Shown here piece after piece: positions 26,729 through 40,487 of a DNA stretch of 64,000 nucleotides (positions are counted from its first letter, which is position 1; the number at the start of each line of letters is the position of its first letter). This DNA is from Chrysomallon squamiferum (Eukaryota > Animalia > Mollusca). The position numbers and the translations under genes were made by a program. Under the pieces are notes generated by a model. That model was not told the DNA's origin. It did no database searches and worked only from the letters and a program-made list of their open reading frames with translations. Location of the stretch: positions 17,980,001-18,044,000 of the forward strand of contig CM022665.1 in assembly GCA_012295275.1 (NCBI GenBank), written 5' to 3'.

Positions 26729-26793
26729 CCAGTATGGAATTGAACCAAGATCCTCGGTATTGTAATCTACTGCTCTACTAATTGAGCTAATAG
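26729..26793 (-). mobile_element. Degenerate tRNA-derived SINE head / tRNA-like pseudogene
   Basis: The minus strand reads TAGCTCAATTAGTAGAGCA...GGTTCAATTCC, Pol III A and B boxes at tRNA spacing. Stems do not form a full cloverleaf. Confidence 0.6.
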
Positions 26794-27671
26794 TAAAATC
26801 ACCATGTAAGTGAGACAACTAATGACATCTATGAGACAAAACTGAAAAATATCATACCTATTTTTTAATTGTTCATGGGAAATTGTATACCTGTTTATGT
26901 AAAGATGTAAAATGTACTAAAGAAAACAACAAATTGAGGGGAGGAGATTGTATACCTCATCTATTTGTGTAAAGGCAATAAAATTTGATAAAAATTGCTG
27001 TATTAGGCAGTAATATTAGGTCTATACCTAACACCATGATGACATCAATTTCTGTAAAAACTGTACACTATGATAAACAACATCTATTTGTGTAAAGACT
27101 ATAAACCTAATAACCCTTTCTACATCTCCAGCTCTTTGTTATTTATTACCACTGACATCTCAACAGTGACTTTATAAAAATGAAAACCTGTCAGTCTGGG
27201 TGTGAGTTAAGACGTGAATCAACTGGAAAAATTACTGTTACTGTGGCCCAGTTTCTGAGATCTGTGTTGTCAGAATACATCAAATGAAGAGAGAGGAATC
27301 TCCAGAAATCAAGTCAAATAAAGTTGTCCTTCTCTTTCTCTGTTTCTCTCTCAGTGTGTCTCTCTATTTCTCCCTCTCAATCTTTCCATCTCAGTCTCTC
27401 TTTCTCTCTTCCATTTATTCTTTCTCTCTCAGAATCTCCCTCTTTCTCTCTCCCTCTCTCTCATTCACTCTCTGTTTCCCATGAAATGGGTTTTCAATTC
27501 ATATCTTTAAAATATTGATGTTCTTTATTTTATGATTATTTCTTCCATTTTCAATAACCTTTATTGATTCATATGATTTAGTGTTTTCATAGGACATACA
27601 CATCTTTAAAATTTGTTTCCTGCATCTTAAGAAAGAACTATTTATTTATTTTTTGCAACATATTCATTTTT

Positions 27672-28365
27672 ATGCAAGGATATATAAAATGGAATACACA
27701 CACAACATACAAACATTATCAATATCCACTTGAGGTTTTAAGCATGCCAGTCATGGGCACAGAATGAAAGAATCTTGATTGTCTGATGCAGTGTTTAAGA
27801 GTTAAATGACTGATAAGAAATGAAGCAGATTTCTTAACATTTAGCTGGAGCCAGTGGCTGGACACGATCTCAAGACCTGCCAGACTTTGAATCAACAGCT
27901 TAACCTCTGTATGCATCAAGTATGTTCAATATAAAGATATGCCTAGCCTTGATGATGTTTCAGTTTAAATATTTTTCTTTACAATATAACTGAGACCCGT
28001 ATCTTGCAGAAGAATTATTATTTACTATGTTTTCAACAACGTACATTGATTTATTGGGGTCGCTTTCCAATGCTGAGAAGCTTGATGAAAGTTTATGAGG
28101 GCACATTGAAAATTTGGGGATAACTGATGACAAAATATGGAAATAGTTCACCATGGAAACCAGGCACCATACTGTCTGAGGAGAATAGGTCAACAACCCT
28201 GATTTTTGAATGACTCCTAATTTCGGTTCATTTAAAGATAATTTCTTAGATGTTTTTGCTTAATTTATGAACATTGATTATGTACGTAAATATATATCTT
28301 TGTGTCTCTGTGTGTGTTTGACTTCAAAGTATGCAGTGAAATGTTTAAATCTGAATAAGGAATGA
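27672..28365 (+). pseudogene. Possible decayed intronless ORF relic of unknown (TE/viral?) origin
   Basis: Protein-like translation across one frameshift near 27960. The 10 internal stops are 7 TGA, 2 TAG and 1 TAA, a bias suggesting CGA>TGA decay. Confidence 0.35.
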
Positions 28366-28662
28366 AACTAATACATTTATTTAAGAGAACTTTTTTTTTT
28401 TTTTTAACTATTTAAAATAAATATTTCCTCATTATCATCATCATTAACATGATCTTCATCATTATCATTTGTCTGACTTTATCACAAAGCATTTGATATT
28501 AATACAGGTTAGGTACATACATTTCATACAAACAAACATTATCATGAATTTTTAACACGAGAAGACATTTTTTAATGGTTAGCAGTAAGAGACTTTTTAA
28601 TGACAGGTTACAATACACAGTGAATCATGCCCACCATAGTTTTTTATATAATTTAGAAAGAT

Positions 28663-28665
<3 letters not shown>

Positions 28666-28734
<69 letters not shown>
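28666..28734. repeat. (GA)n microsatellite
   Basis: Direct reading. Confidence 0.95.
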
Positions 28735-28738
<4 letters not shown>

Positions 28739-29364
28739 CAGAGAAAGAAAGAAATAGAAAGATGCAGAGAGAGATGGAAAGAGAGAAGAAAGATAAAGAA
28801 AGCATAAATAACAAAAGAAAAGATAGACAGAGAGGGAGAAAGAGATACAAAGAGATTAAAGAAAATTATTTATGTTATGGATAACAAACTTGATTAGGAA
28901 TCCTCAAATAAATATTTCATACATATCTCAAGTTAATTTATTAACATTATTTTCTCTGTGTGTTTTTTTAATTTTTTTTTTTTACACATGAAGGTAATCT
29001 AGGGACCCTACTTGCTTAGTTACTAGAGATTCAGACATTTAAGAATGTGAACTGTAAGCAGAATCAGCAAGATAATTGTTAACTTTGAGTTACTGGCTTT
29101 GTTCCACACAAAATGTTCTCTTTTACAAATAACTGGCTGGATTGATAATTGACCAAACAAGCCTCGAGGGGCATGCTGTCTCTGTAATCATATTTTTTGG
29201 TAGTTTTTGTTTACCACCCATGTCTTTTAATTAGTGTATTTTATGTGTAGTATCATGGTGCACAAGTTGATAACCCATGTTTGTAATTAGTACATACATA
29301 GAAAGATAATTATATATTAACATGTGTTCTTGTAGATAGATAAACAAAGTAAACATTAGTGAGC

Positions 29365-29483
<119 letters not shown>

Positions 29484-31179
29484 AACCCAGTATTAATTGT
29501 TTCATAAGAAAAGGGAAACAAAGACAAGAACAAGTCCTGGACATACACCAACTTTATTTGACTTAATTTTTTTAGATTCCTTTTTTGACAGAGAGAGAGT
29601 GATGCAGAAAGAGATATTATGTGCAATAGAGAGTGAAAGAGTGTACCAGAAATAGGGAAAGAGAGAAAAAACATGGGAGTAATTGAAAATGTTTGTATAC
29701 ATGTGTTTGTGTGTCTGTGTGTGAGAGAGTCAGAAAGAAATAAAGCAGAAAACACATGACAGTAATTGTTTGTGAGAGAGAGAGAGAGACAGAGATACAG
29801 AAAGAGACAGGAAGAGAGATAGAGAGAAAGAGTGAGAAAAAGAGAGGTTGACAGAGAGATATGTAGAGAGATAGAGAAAGAGAAAAGAGAGGGAGAAAGA
29901 TAGAGATAGGTAGATAGAGAGAGAGAGGGAGGGAGAAAGAGAAATAATGATGCAGAGAGAAAGAGAGAGAGAGTAAATGAACAGTATAAAAAAAATTAAA
30001 TTAATTTGAAATTTCTATTCTTTTAATTACAGTTCTAATATCCATGGAATGTTTTTTCAAATTTATTTTAAAAATGTCTCAGAAATATTTGCTGTGTTTC
30101 CATAACATCAGATATAAATAAATTATCTAAGTTTGCTGACAAAATAACTATCTTGCAACAATAATAAAACTTTCCATTTTGAAAGATTTAAAATACTGGC
30201 TTTCTGACAATTTTGACTTTAAAAAAAAACAAAAACAACATGAAGCTTCAGCAAAACAAGAAAATAAAACAACAACAAAAATTTTATTTGGTAATTTTAA
30301 TTTTTAAAATTTTTTTTGTCTGTCTTTGGCTTATCATCTGTGTACACAGTTGTAGTCCAAATAAAAGCTATCATTTTATTGGTTGCCTCATTCTGGTTGT
30401 CATGGAAGTGAGATAAAACTGACTCCATGTTGTATTAAAGTGTTTTCACTATTAGAGAACTCTCAAAGGGGAAATAACAATTTCGTATGAATTTCTTGTG
30501 TGTTTGGTTGTGATTTCTTTATGAGTTATTGTTTTTCTTCTTTTGTTTTGTTTGTGGCTGTCAAACTTTAGTGCTTAATAAAGAATCATAATAGTACAAA
30601 TGATTTTAGTTTAATTTAATTTTTAAAACAATTTTATTATAATATATTTATATATGTATATACATTTAAAATTCAGTCAAGCTGATTGTTTTCATTTTAT
30701 TTTAATTACAATTTAAATTTTTTTTAAATTTAGTTCATTTTATATATATATATATTAAAATGTTGTCAGATTTTTTCATTTTTTTATAATTATCATTGCA
30801 ATTCAAATTCTATTTTATTTCTATTTTCTGATTTATTTTTTTATTATTATTATTGTTATTACTATTAATATATTGTTATTGTTGTTATTGCTGTTGTTAT
30901 TATTACTATTATTATTATTATTATTTAATATTATAATATTTTATTTCACTTTAATTTTTCTTGCAAAATATCAATACTGTTTTTTAAATTTGTTTGAAAT
31001 TACTTCACTGAAAACTCCCCAAAGAGTTAAATTGAAAATAACAAATGAATATGGTAGAACTAAAACTGAAAAGTTTATATTCTGGTGTCAGATACCAAAT
31101 CCCTTGCTGTATTTTATCTTTCTTAAATCATCAAGAAAAAAACATCAGCAGTATTACACTATGTTTTTTACAGTTTATG

Positions 31180-31510
31180 AATGAACTGATGGATGAACAG
31201 ATGGATGGGTAAATGGACGGATAGATGGATTAATAAATGAATCAACCAATCCGATAATGAACTGTTGAATGAATGGATGGATGAAAGGATGGATGGATGG
31301 ATGGATGAATGAATGGACTGATGAGTGAATGAATCAAAGAACTGTTGAATGGATGAATGTATTAATAATGAATTGATTAATGGACAAATGGTGGATCTCT
31401 GGATAAATTAATAGAAAGCTTTTGGATGGATGGATAGATGAATTCACTGGAGGAATGAATGAACGAATGGATGGAGGGGTAAATTCTTGAATAACAAATG
31501 AGTGAATAAA
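31180..31510. repeat. Degenerate (GGAT)/(GAAT) tetranucleotide tract
   Basis: Direct reading. Confidence 0.85.
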
Positions 31511-33172
31511 GGCTTAGTGAGATCTTTAGACACTTTAATATTGGCAATGATCCTTAAAACTTCAGACAAAATGATGAAAATATTTTGGCTCAGATTTTCA
31601 TTTTGCTTAAAGGTCAAGTAATTCCAATGCTGTGGACACTGCTAGATCTTTTAATAAGAGAACTGTGAGTTAGAAGGTGATTGTAGAGCCAATATCCTGA
31701 TAACTGTATTCAGCCCATTTCATTCCCCTTGTTCATTTGTCTCTCCTAATATCTGATAATTGGCCCACCTCTCTACGTGTGCAGCTTCTGCAGAATGATG
31801 GATGCCTGCTAGTATCTTTAAATTAATCTAGCAGGCTTAAAACTGCCTTCGCCAGCAGAATATATCTTTTAGACTTCTATTAGGAAAACTCCTGCAGTTT
31901 TTGGTTATCAGCCTCTCCACTGGTGGTCATCCAATAACACTGCCCAGTTTGACCAGTTCAGTTCCGGCCGTCTGACAGGGCTTTAATCTGACTTGATGTC
32001 TGTATGTAAAGAAGTGGTGTGTTCATTTATTTCAGTCCTGATGGAAATGTTTGTGGCTGAGATGTCCACTGTTGACTCAAACCTATAAACAATGCTGAGA
32101 TGGTTACTATAGTGATCAATATTTGTTGTAAAACTCAGAGACATACACTGATTTTATTTATATGGTTAAACACTATATGTTCAGTTGAAAATAAATGAAA
32201 TTTGTTATTGCTTCATTTGTCCTCAGTCAGCCTTCATTTTCATTGTCTGGTGATCATAAATAAAATAAAATACAATTAAACTGAACAGTCTTAAGTTGTG
32301 TTTGTGTTTTAAATCAAAGATATTTTTGTTGCTGTTGTTTCTACAGATTTGATAATATCATTTAAACTTTGCATTTGTGTTTAAATTAAAGACTGTTTTG
32401 TGTTTTTGGTTTTTGGTTTCTGAACATTTGACAATCTCAAATGTCTGTATAACTCAGATTTGGTTAAACTAAAGTCAACCTGGTATTATGAGGTGTTATT
32501 TACATCTGTATTTTTAAAATGATTAAAATGTTACAGCTATTCTGAAGCCTGTTAGAATCTGTACTTACATTAGAATTAATTTTACTATTTCAATATATTA
32601 TTCATTATATTTATTTTTTTATTTCTGTTGTTTCTTTAATATGTTTTAATAATGTTATTACTTATATCTAAGTAATACTTTCATGAAGGAACCAATATAA
32701 AAACTGCAATCCTGTGATCATCCTGAATTAAAATACCACAGTTATGACAGTACATACCATAACAGTAAATAATTCTTCAGTCATACAGAACAGGTTGGAT
32801 GATAAAAAAACTAAAACTCATTAAATCCATTCTCATGATGCAATACATCTGGTAGATTTTTTTTTTTACTATCCAGATTTATTTCAGACTGAAATGATTG
32901 AACCAGATGCCTCTGTTATTTTATTTTTTTCTTCATTTTCTTCTTCTTCAATGCTTTTTTCTTTTTACAGTTTGTTAAAGCTGGTAATTTCCCAGTGTAA
33001 TTCTGAAGATTAGAGGCAAAGCCATTTTAGTGTAAATTTTCATCTGTGGTCTTTTATTTTTATTATTGCTGTTGCTCAGAAGAGTTCTAAGTAAAAAAAA
33101 TAAAAATAAATAAATAAATAATACAAAATTCAGTCTGAATGATGTGCTGCCTATACTTTTGGTCACCTGTTA

Positions 33173-33226
<54 letters not shown>

Positions 33227-33508
33227 TGGTTTGACATTTTATGGGTTCACATCCTTGTAATGGCTGTAACAAAAACTCACTGAGAAGGAATGAAAAACAC
33301 AATATCTTATACTAATTTACTAACTCTAACAGTTTTTTTCTGTCCGTCTGTTTTTTCATCCATCATTCACTTGGTCTATATCTATCAATCAGTCAGTCTA
33401 TCTATCTATCTATCTATCTATCTGTCTATCTATCTATTGCCTTCCATCCATCTGTATGTCTCTGTATGTGTGTCTGCCTATAAAATCTGTCAGTTATCAG
33501 TTTATCTC

Positions 33509-33542
<34 letters not shown>

Positions 33543-33635
33543 CATCTAGCTACCTTGTTATTTTGTTATTTATTTATTTGTTTCTTTGGTTGTTTGTCAT
33601 TATTTATTTATTTTCTTATTGTTATTACTTCCTTT

Positions 33636-33643
<8 letters not shown>

Positions 33644-33701
<58 letters not shown>
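33644..33701. repeat. (TA)n microsatellite
   Basis: Direct reading. Confidence 0.95.
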
Positions 33702-33703
<2 letters not shown>

Positions 33704-34849
33704 TAGTTTCTATGACATGATTATAAGAATTATTTTGATTGGTTATATTTTAGTACATTGGAACTAACCATAAAACCTCCTATGATTGGCTGGTGAGGTG
33801 TTTTTTTTCATGTTTCTTTTTCTTTCTTCTTTTTTTTTTTTTTTTACCTTCAGTGTCTTACTCATAATGGCTCCAGGTTAGGATTTCTTAGTTTAATTTG
33901 AAAATATTTCCTGTCAAGCTTCATTATCTGTCACTTGAAAACATCAGTCTGTTTTTACTTTGTAATCATTCAGCTTCTACCCAGTCATTCCACTTATAAC
34001 GCATGGTGGAATCAAGAGCAGACCACTCTAACTGAAATGTCAAAAGATTAAATTACTCTAATAATTTTTCACTTTTTTATTAAAAAAACAAAACAAAACA
34101 AGAACAAGAACATGAAAATATATATATGTTTTAAGAAATGTGATAGTTCAAAGGAAATTATATATTTTTTAAAGATTTTGCTTTTTTGTTTTTTTTTACT
34201 TTTAATTGCTTGTTTGGGATTAAGTAAAATTGTTAAAAAAAGGTTCTTCTTGTTTTTACTTTTTGAAAAAATGATATGAAAATTTTAAAAGAAGTAGACA
34301 ATATCAGGATATTAAAATTATATTTCTTAAAATTGTAGATAATATCTGTGATCAATATATCTTAGTGTAACACTAAAATACTATTGCTGATTTTTTAATA
34401 TATATAACAAACAACAAACAATATCAGAAACAGGACAATATCAGAAAAAATGTTAAATACTAAAAAGAGGAAACATAACAGTTATACAACAAATATTTGC
34501 AGTGTTTGGGTTAGTATGTTAGTATGATAGAAAATTGGAAAGTTAAACTGTAAATGGATGTTATTCATCTCAAAAATTTGAACAATACTCATGTGTTCTT
34601 ATTAATCATGGAAACCAAATTTTTTATAATGGTCAATAAAATCAAAGTACCCCTGAGTGGGTCTAATATAATCAAATGATTTGGTCCAGTCAAGAGATGT
34701 TTTATTTACACCTACTCATAAACAGCAAAATAGATACCACAGTGTTTGAAGTATTAGTTACAGAGTCAAAACTGGAAAGGGAAACAATATTTTGAATGAA
34801 GTTAGGATGATTTGATATTGTGAACATTAACGTCTTGGGCAAGCATTTT

Positions 34850-35050
34850 AACAACTGAACCACTCTAAATATTAAATCAACTCAAACCACTGAGCTGGTG
34901 TAATCACATTCATCACTGAACATTTCTAAATCTGAACCACTTAAACCATCAAACCATTCTAACCACTGGACCACTGTTGTGGCTGAACAAATTTAACCAT
35001 TGAACCACTCTAACCACTAAACCATCCTAACCACTGAACCACCCAATCCA
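34850..35050. repeat. Degenerate aaccact(g/c)-based short repeat
   Basis: Recurring aaccactgaaccactcta. Confidence 0.75.
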
Positions 35051-35859
35051 AACTTTACTGTTAATATGACATACATTCAAGTGTTCTAAATCTGCCATCT
35101 GTTAACCAATAATAATATATAGTCTTTCTCACAGACACACACACACACACATTTACAAAACTTTACTGTAATGGCATCATATCAAGTCTCATCAAGACTT
35201 AAAGTTTTCAGTGTCATGAAAAAACCAGAGAACAGACCAAACACCACCACAGTATTGTACAAGGTCAAGGTCATTCATGCAAATCAATTCCCTTCCTCCA
35301 AGATATTTTTGAAGTCTGCTATAAAATACACAAGTTATGTCATCTTCTCGTGGATGTCTGAAATTCTCTGGCTAAAAAGGTTCTTTTCCAAATGACCATA
35401 AAAAGAGTTTAATTCCAAATTAATTTGCCTTTATAAATATTCTACTCATAAAAAGTTGCTCTGAATCTTTGCTAGGTATTTGGGTTTCATTATGTAAATG
35501 GTTATTGGAATGAAAAAGATGAAAGAAAATGTTTATTGATTCTAATGAACTATGTAGCATCAAATATGAGAGATGAATGTGTAATAACAAAAATGAAGTA
35601 AAGAAAATGTTATAGAATTTTTTTTTTTTAATTTAATTATATCAATACATTTTAAACCTAATGGACTTTGTTATTGAATTTTTTTTTAATAAAAGGTACT
35701 GGACATACATGTGTAATATATGTTTAAGAAGTATTATTATATATACATGAATATACTAATAAATGCACATTCACATATACTGAAATAGTCATAAACACAT
35801 GCAGATAAGCAAGTATAAAAAAAAAAAATTAGTTAAAGAATTTATGTGAAGAAAAGCTG

Positions 35860-36530
35860 GTTAAAGGGTTAACATGAAAATAAATTTAAAGGATTAACAT
35901 GATACAGTTAAAAAAGTTAATATGGAACTAAAATTAGTTAAAGGGTTAATATGAAATTAAACTTAAAGGGATGATTGGAAAATAAGGGTTAATATGAAAA
36001 TAAAGGTTAATATAGAAATAAAATTAGTTAAAGGGGGTTAATAGGAAAATAATTTAAATAAAGGGTTAATAATGAAAATAAAATTAGTTAAAAAGTTAAT
36101 GTTAAAATAATGTTGGTTAATAGGTTAATATGAAAATAAAATTAGTTAAAAAATAAAAAATTAAATTAGTTTAAAGAGGTTAATATGAAAATAAAGTTAA
36201 AGGGAAAATTTGAAAATAAGGATTAATATGAAAATGTAGGGTTAAAATGATGATAAAAAGTTAATATTAAAATAAATGAATGGGTTAATATGAAAATAAG
36301 GTTAAAGAGTTAATGTGAAAATAAAGGCTACTATAAAAATAAAATTAGTTAATGGGTTAATATGAAAATAAAATAAATTAAAGGGGGTTAATATGAAAAT
36401 AAAATTAATTTAAAGGGTTGATATGAAAATAATGTTAAAGTGCTAATATGAAAATAAAATTAATTTAAAGGGTTGATATGAAAATAATGTTAAAGGGTTA
36501 ATATGAAGATAAAGAGTTTAAAGGATAATA
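35860..36530. repeat. Variable 17-30-bp minisatellite, core aagggttaatatgaaaataaa
   Basis: More than 20 recurrences of ggttaatatgaaaata. Confidence 0.9.
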
Positions 36531-37960
36531 AGAAGTTATTTGATTTGTAAATAATTATGTTGTCCTCTCTATAGATAAACCTCATTATGGAAACACTAAA
36601 TTAGTTTTCAGCAGAGCCTGCTGCACGAAACTCATTCCTGCATATCATAATCTACTTGATGGGTAGAAATCCCAGCTAACTATATCCATTTAGCAGTGAA
36701 TGCCTTACCACCATTAATACACTTTGTAAACATAAACAAACATTCTGTACAAAATGTATGGCAAAGCAAAGATGTTTATAAATGTTCACTTTTGTAATCA
36801 TACATGGAAATCTACCTTTGACTTTTCTGAGCTCAGTTTGGCCAAATTGTTTGACTTTTGCCATCTGTACTTGAGTTATGACATATTTGAGTTCTGCTGT
36901 ATTTGACTTTTGCTGTTCTATTGTTTGTGTTTTGCAGTTTGTGAACTCAGCCATTTTTATTTTGACTTTTGCTATCTCTGATTTTGGCCAATTCTTTTTT
37001 GACTAATGCCTGATTTTTCATTTCATTTCTGATTTATTTTTGCCACATGGCTCTGAATTTTCAGCATCTCTTTTAAATTTCATATGTCTAATTCATCAAT
37101 TTTTTTTCCAGTTTTTCCATTTTCATAAGTCTGATCATTTTTATTTGTCTGTTTATGATCATCTCTGAAACTGAACTTATGTGATTTTTTATACCTTTTA
37201 CATCAAACTTCCACTGGAGTCTTTTATTTAAGCTGTCTGTCTGATATATATATGGTTATATCAGCCTTCTCGTGGATTCTATTTAGTGCAAAGTTAACTA
37301 CAAATCTCTGATGTCAGTTTGATGTGTGTGTAATTTCTGACAAGCCTCAATCAGATAAAAGCTCAAGTAAGTTTGTCATGGACCAGGTGAACCTCTAACA
37401 GTAAATAGAAACAAGAAGAGGAAGGAATTTCAGAGTACAGAGTGAGAAGTTCTCAGAATGAGATGGACATGAGAAAATGAAATTAAAGGCTGTATTTCTA
37501 GAGGGTTTCCTTTCCAGTTATCTCTCTCTTTGCATCAATCAAACGTGATTCGGAGTTTTTGCTTCAATCAACTCTGACTGGTGGTTTTGCTCAGATACAA
37601 ATTTGGACAAGAAGACCAACAGGCCTGTGCACACTGGGATGCTAATGAAGAATTAAGATCTACAAATCTCCTTGATTAGAAATTTCTACAAATCTACAAA
37701 CAGTTATATAGCTGTTGGGTATTTTCCTAATAGAAGATGGCTTCCATAAAGTTTCTATTTGTTAGTTTTTTTTGTTACTTTACTTAAATCAGATATTGAA
37801 CTATTTATACAGCTAGCTTGGGATGAGAGGTGGTCCATATTTCTGGATGTTCTAGATTTCTGGTTTTCTTGTATTTTCTGGAAGCCAGATAAAGGGTTCA
37901 GTACCTTTATAAAAATGGCTTATATAAATTTGTACAGTCTGTATTTTTTGTTATTTCATT

Positions 37961-37961
<1 letters not shown>

Positions 37962-38025
<64 letters not shown>
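37962..38025. repeat. (AAT)n microsatellite
   Basis: Direct reading. Confidence 0.95.
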
Positions 38026-38026
<1 letters not shown>

Positions 38027-38801
38027 TTTTAATCATTTCCCAGTGTACTTTGTTATCAACTGTGGCTAGGTCATTAACATGTTCTTGTATACTGATGATG
38101 AAGAGAAAACATGCTGATGTCACATCAAGAGATACATTTATAGCAGCAAAGAGTCTTTTTATACACTTTTTCACATGATTAATCTTTTTCATTACATTTC
38201 TAATTTCAAGTTGTATCCTCACAACTGGTTTATCAACTGTTTGTGGGAGGTATATAAAAACAATCTCTTGCTGCTGATTGCTAAAAGTACACCTTTAGTT
38301 ATTGGCTGTGGATTTCTTTCTTAATTTATACTCAAGAAACATTTAACCAACATCTAATAACAGTTAATATTAACATTGAGATGTTTTGAACATCTAATAC
38401 TGTATTTTACCAAAGTTAATATTAACATATTGTGAGATGATATTAAATATTTATTTGTTTGCTCATTTGTTTTTATTTGTCAAATTTTATTTGTACAATG
38501 TTTATATCACACATTTATAAATAAACAATACAAACTTTCTATTTCCACCACAAGAAATATGTTTTATTCATTTCCTGTTTTCAAAATACTTTTACCACTC
38601 CTGAACAGGTGTTTCACTGTTAACCACGTTTTTTATTTGAATACCTGAAATTTACCTTGATCTAAGTGCAGGTGAAAGAAAAATCAATGAACCATTTAAA
38701 ACACAGCTAAAATTCATGCATAAAGATTGTGGTATGTAATTCCAGATGTAAAGTTATTTGAGAATAGATGGTATATCATTTACTTAATGATATCTTTTTA
38801 T

Positions 38802-38870
38802 GGGCTTGTGTAAGGATTTGAACCCAGTACCTAACAGATTTAAGGATAATAGCTTAACTATTAAGGCTGG
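38802..38870 (-). mobile_element. Highly degenerate tRNA-derived SINE head
   Basis: The minus strand reads CAGCCTTAATAGTTAAG (A-box-like) ... GGTTCAAATCC (B box). Confidence 0.4.
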
Positions 38871-39694
38871 TGTGGTTTTTAATTTTTATTTATTTATTTA
38901 TTTATTTATTATTTATTCTTATTGCATTGTGGGTTTTTTTTATACGAGATAGGCAATTTTGAATTAGACTCAGTTCCCTGATGGAATCTTTATCAAAGAC
39001 ATACCCAGTATAAAGACAGGCTTGAATCTAACTTGTATAATCAAACTAACAGTAGTATTTCTAGATTTGAGACTTACCACGTGTGTTTGTATTGATCAGA
39101 AAGAAACAGACAGGTGGAGAGGATATTTTCTCCTGGGAGTCTCCAAGATGGTATCAGTGATATCTCTGACTGATGTGTCAGGTTGTTTCAGGTTAATGAG
39201 TTTTGTTTGTGGAGGAGAAGCAAGGATTAATATTACAGTGGCATGTATTTCACACGTTAATTAATTAGTTGTATCTCAGTGACATTTTTCAATTTTTTTA
39301 TCTTACATGATTATCTTTTAATTTCATTACAGAATATTAAATGACTGAAGTAATTAATTAAACAATGAAATTTTTATTTTTAAAAATGAGTTACTGTTCT
39401 TCTTGTTGTTATTGTTATTATGACTACTTCATTATTATTAATTTTATTATTATTTCTTTTATTATTATTACTATTATTACTAATATTGTCAGTTGTTATA
39501 TCATCATCATCATCATCAGTTCTGTCATTACTATTATTATTATTATTATTATAGTTTTGTAATTTTTGTTAAAATACAACACATACACATATCAAAGAAG
39601 TCACTGATAGCAAAAGGAATAATTATAAAATTAAGAAAAGAGGTATTCAAATGAAAATAGCTAATCACTCAATTTCAGAGTCTGCATAGTCACA

Positions 39695-39735
<41 letters not shown>

Positions 39736-40019
39736 ATTTTCACTTCATAATATTTGTTCTTATGACTACTGGTTTATTGAAAGTAGGACATTTCATGTTG
39801 TGGTTAATTGTTTTTTCATGTTTCCATGATAATGATATTAACCTTCTTTGAGAATGGATTTAAATAATGTCATTGCCTTGTGTCTGTAATGACATTATGT
39901 TAATTTAATTAAATCATGAGAAATCTTTATGTACCGATTGGTTCTCTGTCTCAGGATAGCCTCTCTTTTCTCATTTATTAGCATTTCACATTCAAACAGT
40001 TTTACTGGCTTGCTGAGTC

Positions 40020-40315
40020 AATGGATTATTTAGTTATTGGATTATTTAATTAATGGATTATTGAATTATAGGATTATTGGATTATTTAATTACTGGATGA
40101 TTTGATTTCAGGATAATTTAATTAATTTAATCATATGATTATTTAATTAAACAATTATTTAATTATTAGTTTATTTAATTTTTGGATTATTTAATTGAAG
40201 GATTATTTATCTGTAGGATTATTTATTTAATGGATTAATTAGATTATTTAATTATTGGATTATTAATTAAACAGATTATTTAATTAATGCATTACTTAAT
40301 ACTATTTAGGATTAA
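40020..40315. repeat. ~16-bp degenerate repeat ggattatttaattaat
   Basis: Direct reading. Confidence 0.8.
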
Positions 40316-40456
40316 TATTTATTAATTTGTTTTGTTATATTCAATACTAAAATGCAACTAAAGATATCTTTTAAATTTGAATTTAGTACATTTTCAACTG
40401 AGTGATCCTTTTAATATCTCAAGTTTAACCCTAAAATTCTGTTTCTGAAGATCTCT

Positions 40457-40487
<31 letters not shown>

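Noticed and set aside
26729-26793. Functional tRNA gene
   Set aside because: A and B boxes are present, but the acceptor and anticodon stems do not pair properly.
31659-31664. 6-nt microexon AGAACT|GTGAGT
   Set aside because: An upstream AG lies only 12 nt away, the pyrimidine tract is poor and the exonic donor context is weak.
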